Of a stretch of 34,407 nt of DNA, positions 34,384-34,407 are shown piece by piece. The position numbers and the translations under genes are program-made. This stretch comes from a virus (Duplodnaviria > Caudoviricetes). Position 1 is the first letter of the stretch; each line of letters opens with the position of its first letter. Below the pieces are notes generated by a model. The model saw only the letters and a list, made by a program, of their open reading frames with translations, was not told where the DNA came from and did not search any database. The stretch is from the IMG/VR virus record IMGVR_UViG_3300031716_000034, positions 1-34,407 of that record. One strand, given 5' to 3'.

Positions 34384-34407
34384 TCCTCCTCCGGGAACGC
34401 CACAAAC

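Larger units (their letters stand above)
1..34407. mobile_element. Temperate podovirus-like phage genome (partial, circularly permuted, attP region continuous)
   Basis: Integrase/xis, cI/cro, replication, terminase, portal, capsid, ejection, tail fibre and lysis genes in lambdoid order. No tape-measure, sheath or host genes seen. Confidence 0.95.

Noticed and set aside
34384-34407. Direct circular join of the window end to position 1
   Set aside because: The end appears to encode the tail of another gene (...FVAFPEEE-stop), and no recombinase or ssb genes are present, so a segment is probably missing.
1-34407. tRNA, rRNA, retron or known defence systems
   Set aside because: No cloverleaf, reverse transcriptase or recognisable defence domains seen by eye; a covariance-model scan was not possible.

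Overview
The window is most of a temperate, lambdoid-organised, short-tailed (podovirus-type) phage genome of roughly 60% GC (estimated by eye); a Burkholderiales-like host is my inference only. It is circularly permuted: leftward early genes occupy both ends, and the lysis-attP-int-xis junction is continuous, so this looks like the excised or virion form rather than an integrated prophage. Order: early-left operon (partial HNH nuclease, several tiny membrane peptides, a protein with a 29x12-bp repeat), PL and operators, cI operon with a lipoprotein, cro, DUF1376-type initiator with iteron origin, P-like loader, nin-like region with a RuvC-like resolvase, Q-like gene with PR' and two terminators, TerS/TerL, portal, scaffold, major capsid, tail and ejection genes, S74-chaperone tail fibre, a seven-gene lysis block ending in a lipoprotein and a class-3 lipase, a secreted moron, attP, integrase and excisionase. 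The most unusual items are: (1) a lysis cassette with a coupled lipase and no recognisable Rz/Rz1 pair; (2) a tail-fibre-like protein with a Sec signal peptide next to a free-standing virion-anchor-like domain; (3) a repeat protein with two variable bases per unit as the first PL gene; (4) a remote CI-operator-like site on a TATAAT upstream of an antisense membrane gene after the ejection genes. All family assignments are from motif recognition, not database searches.
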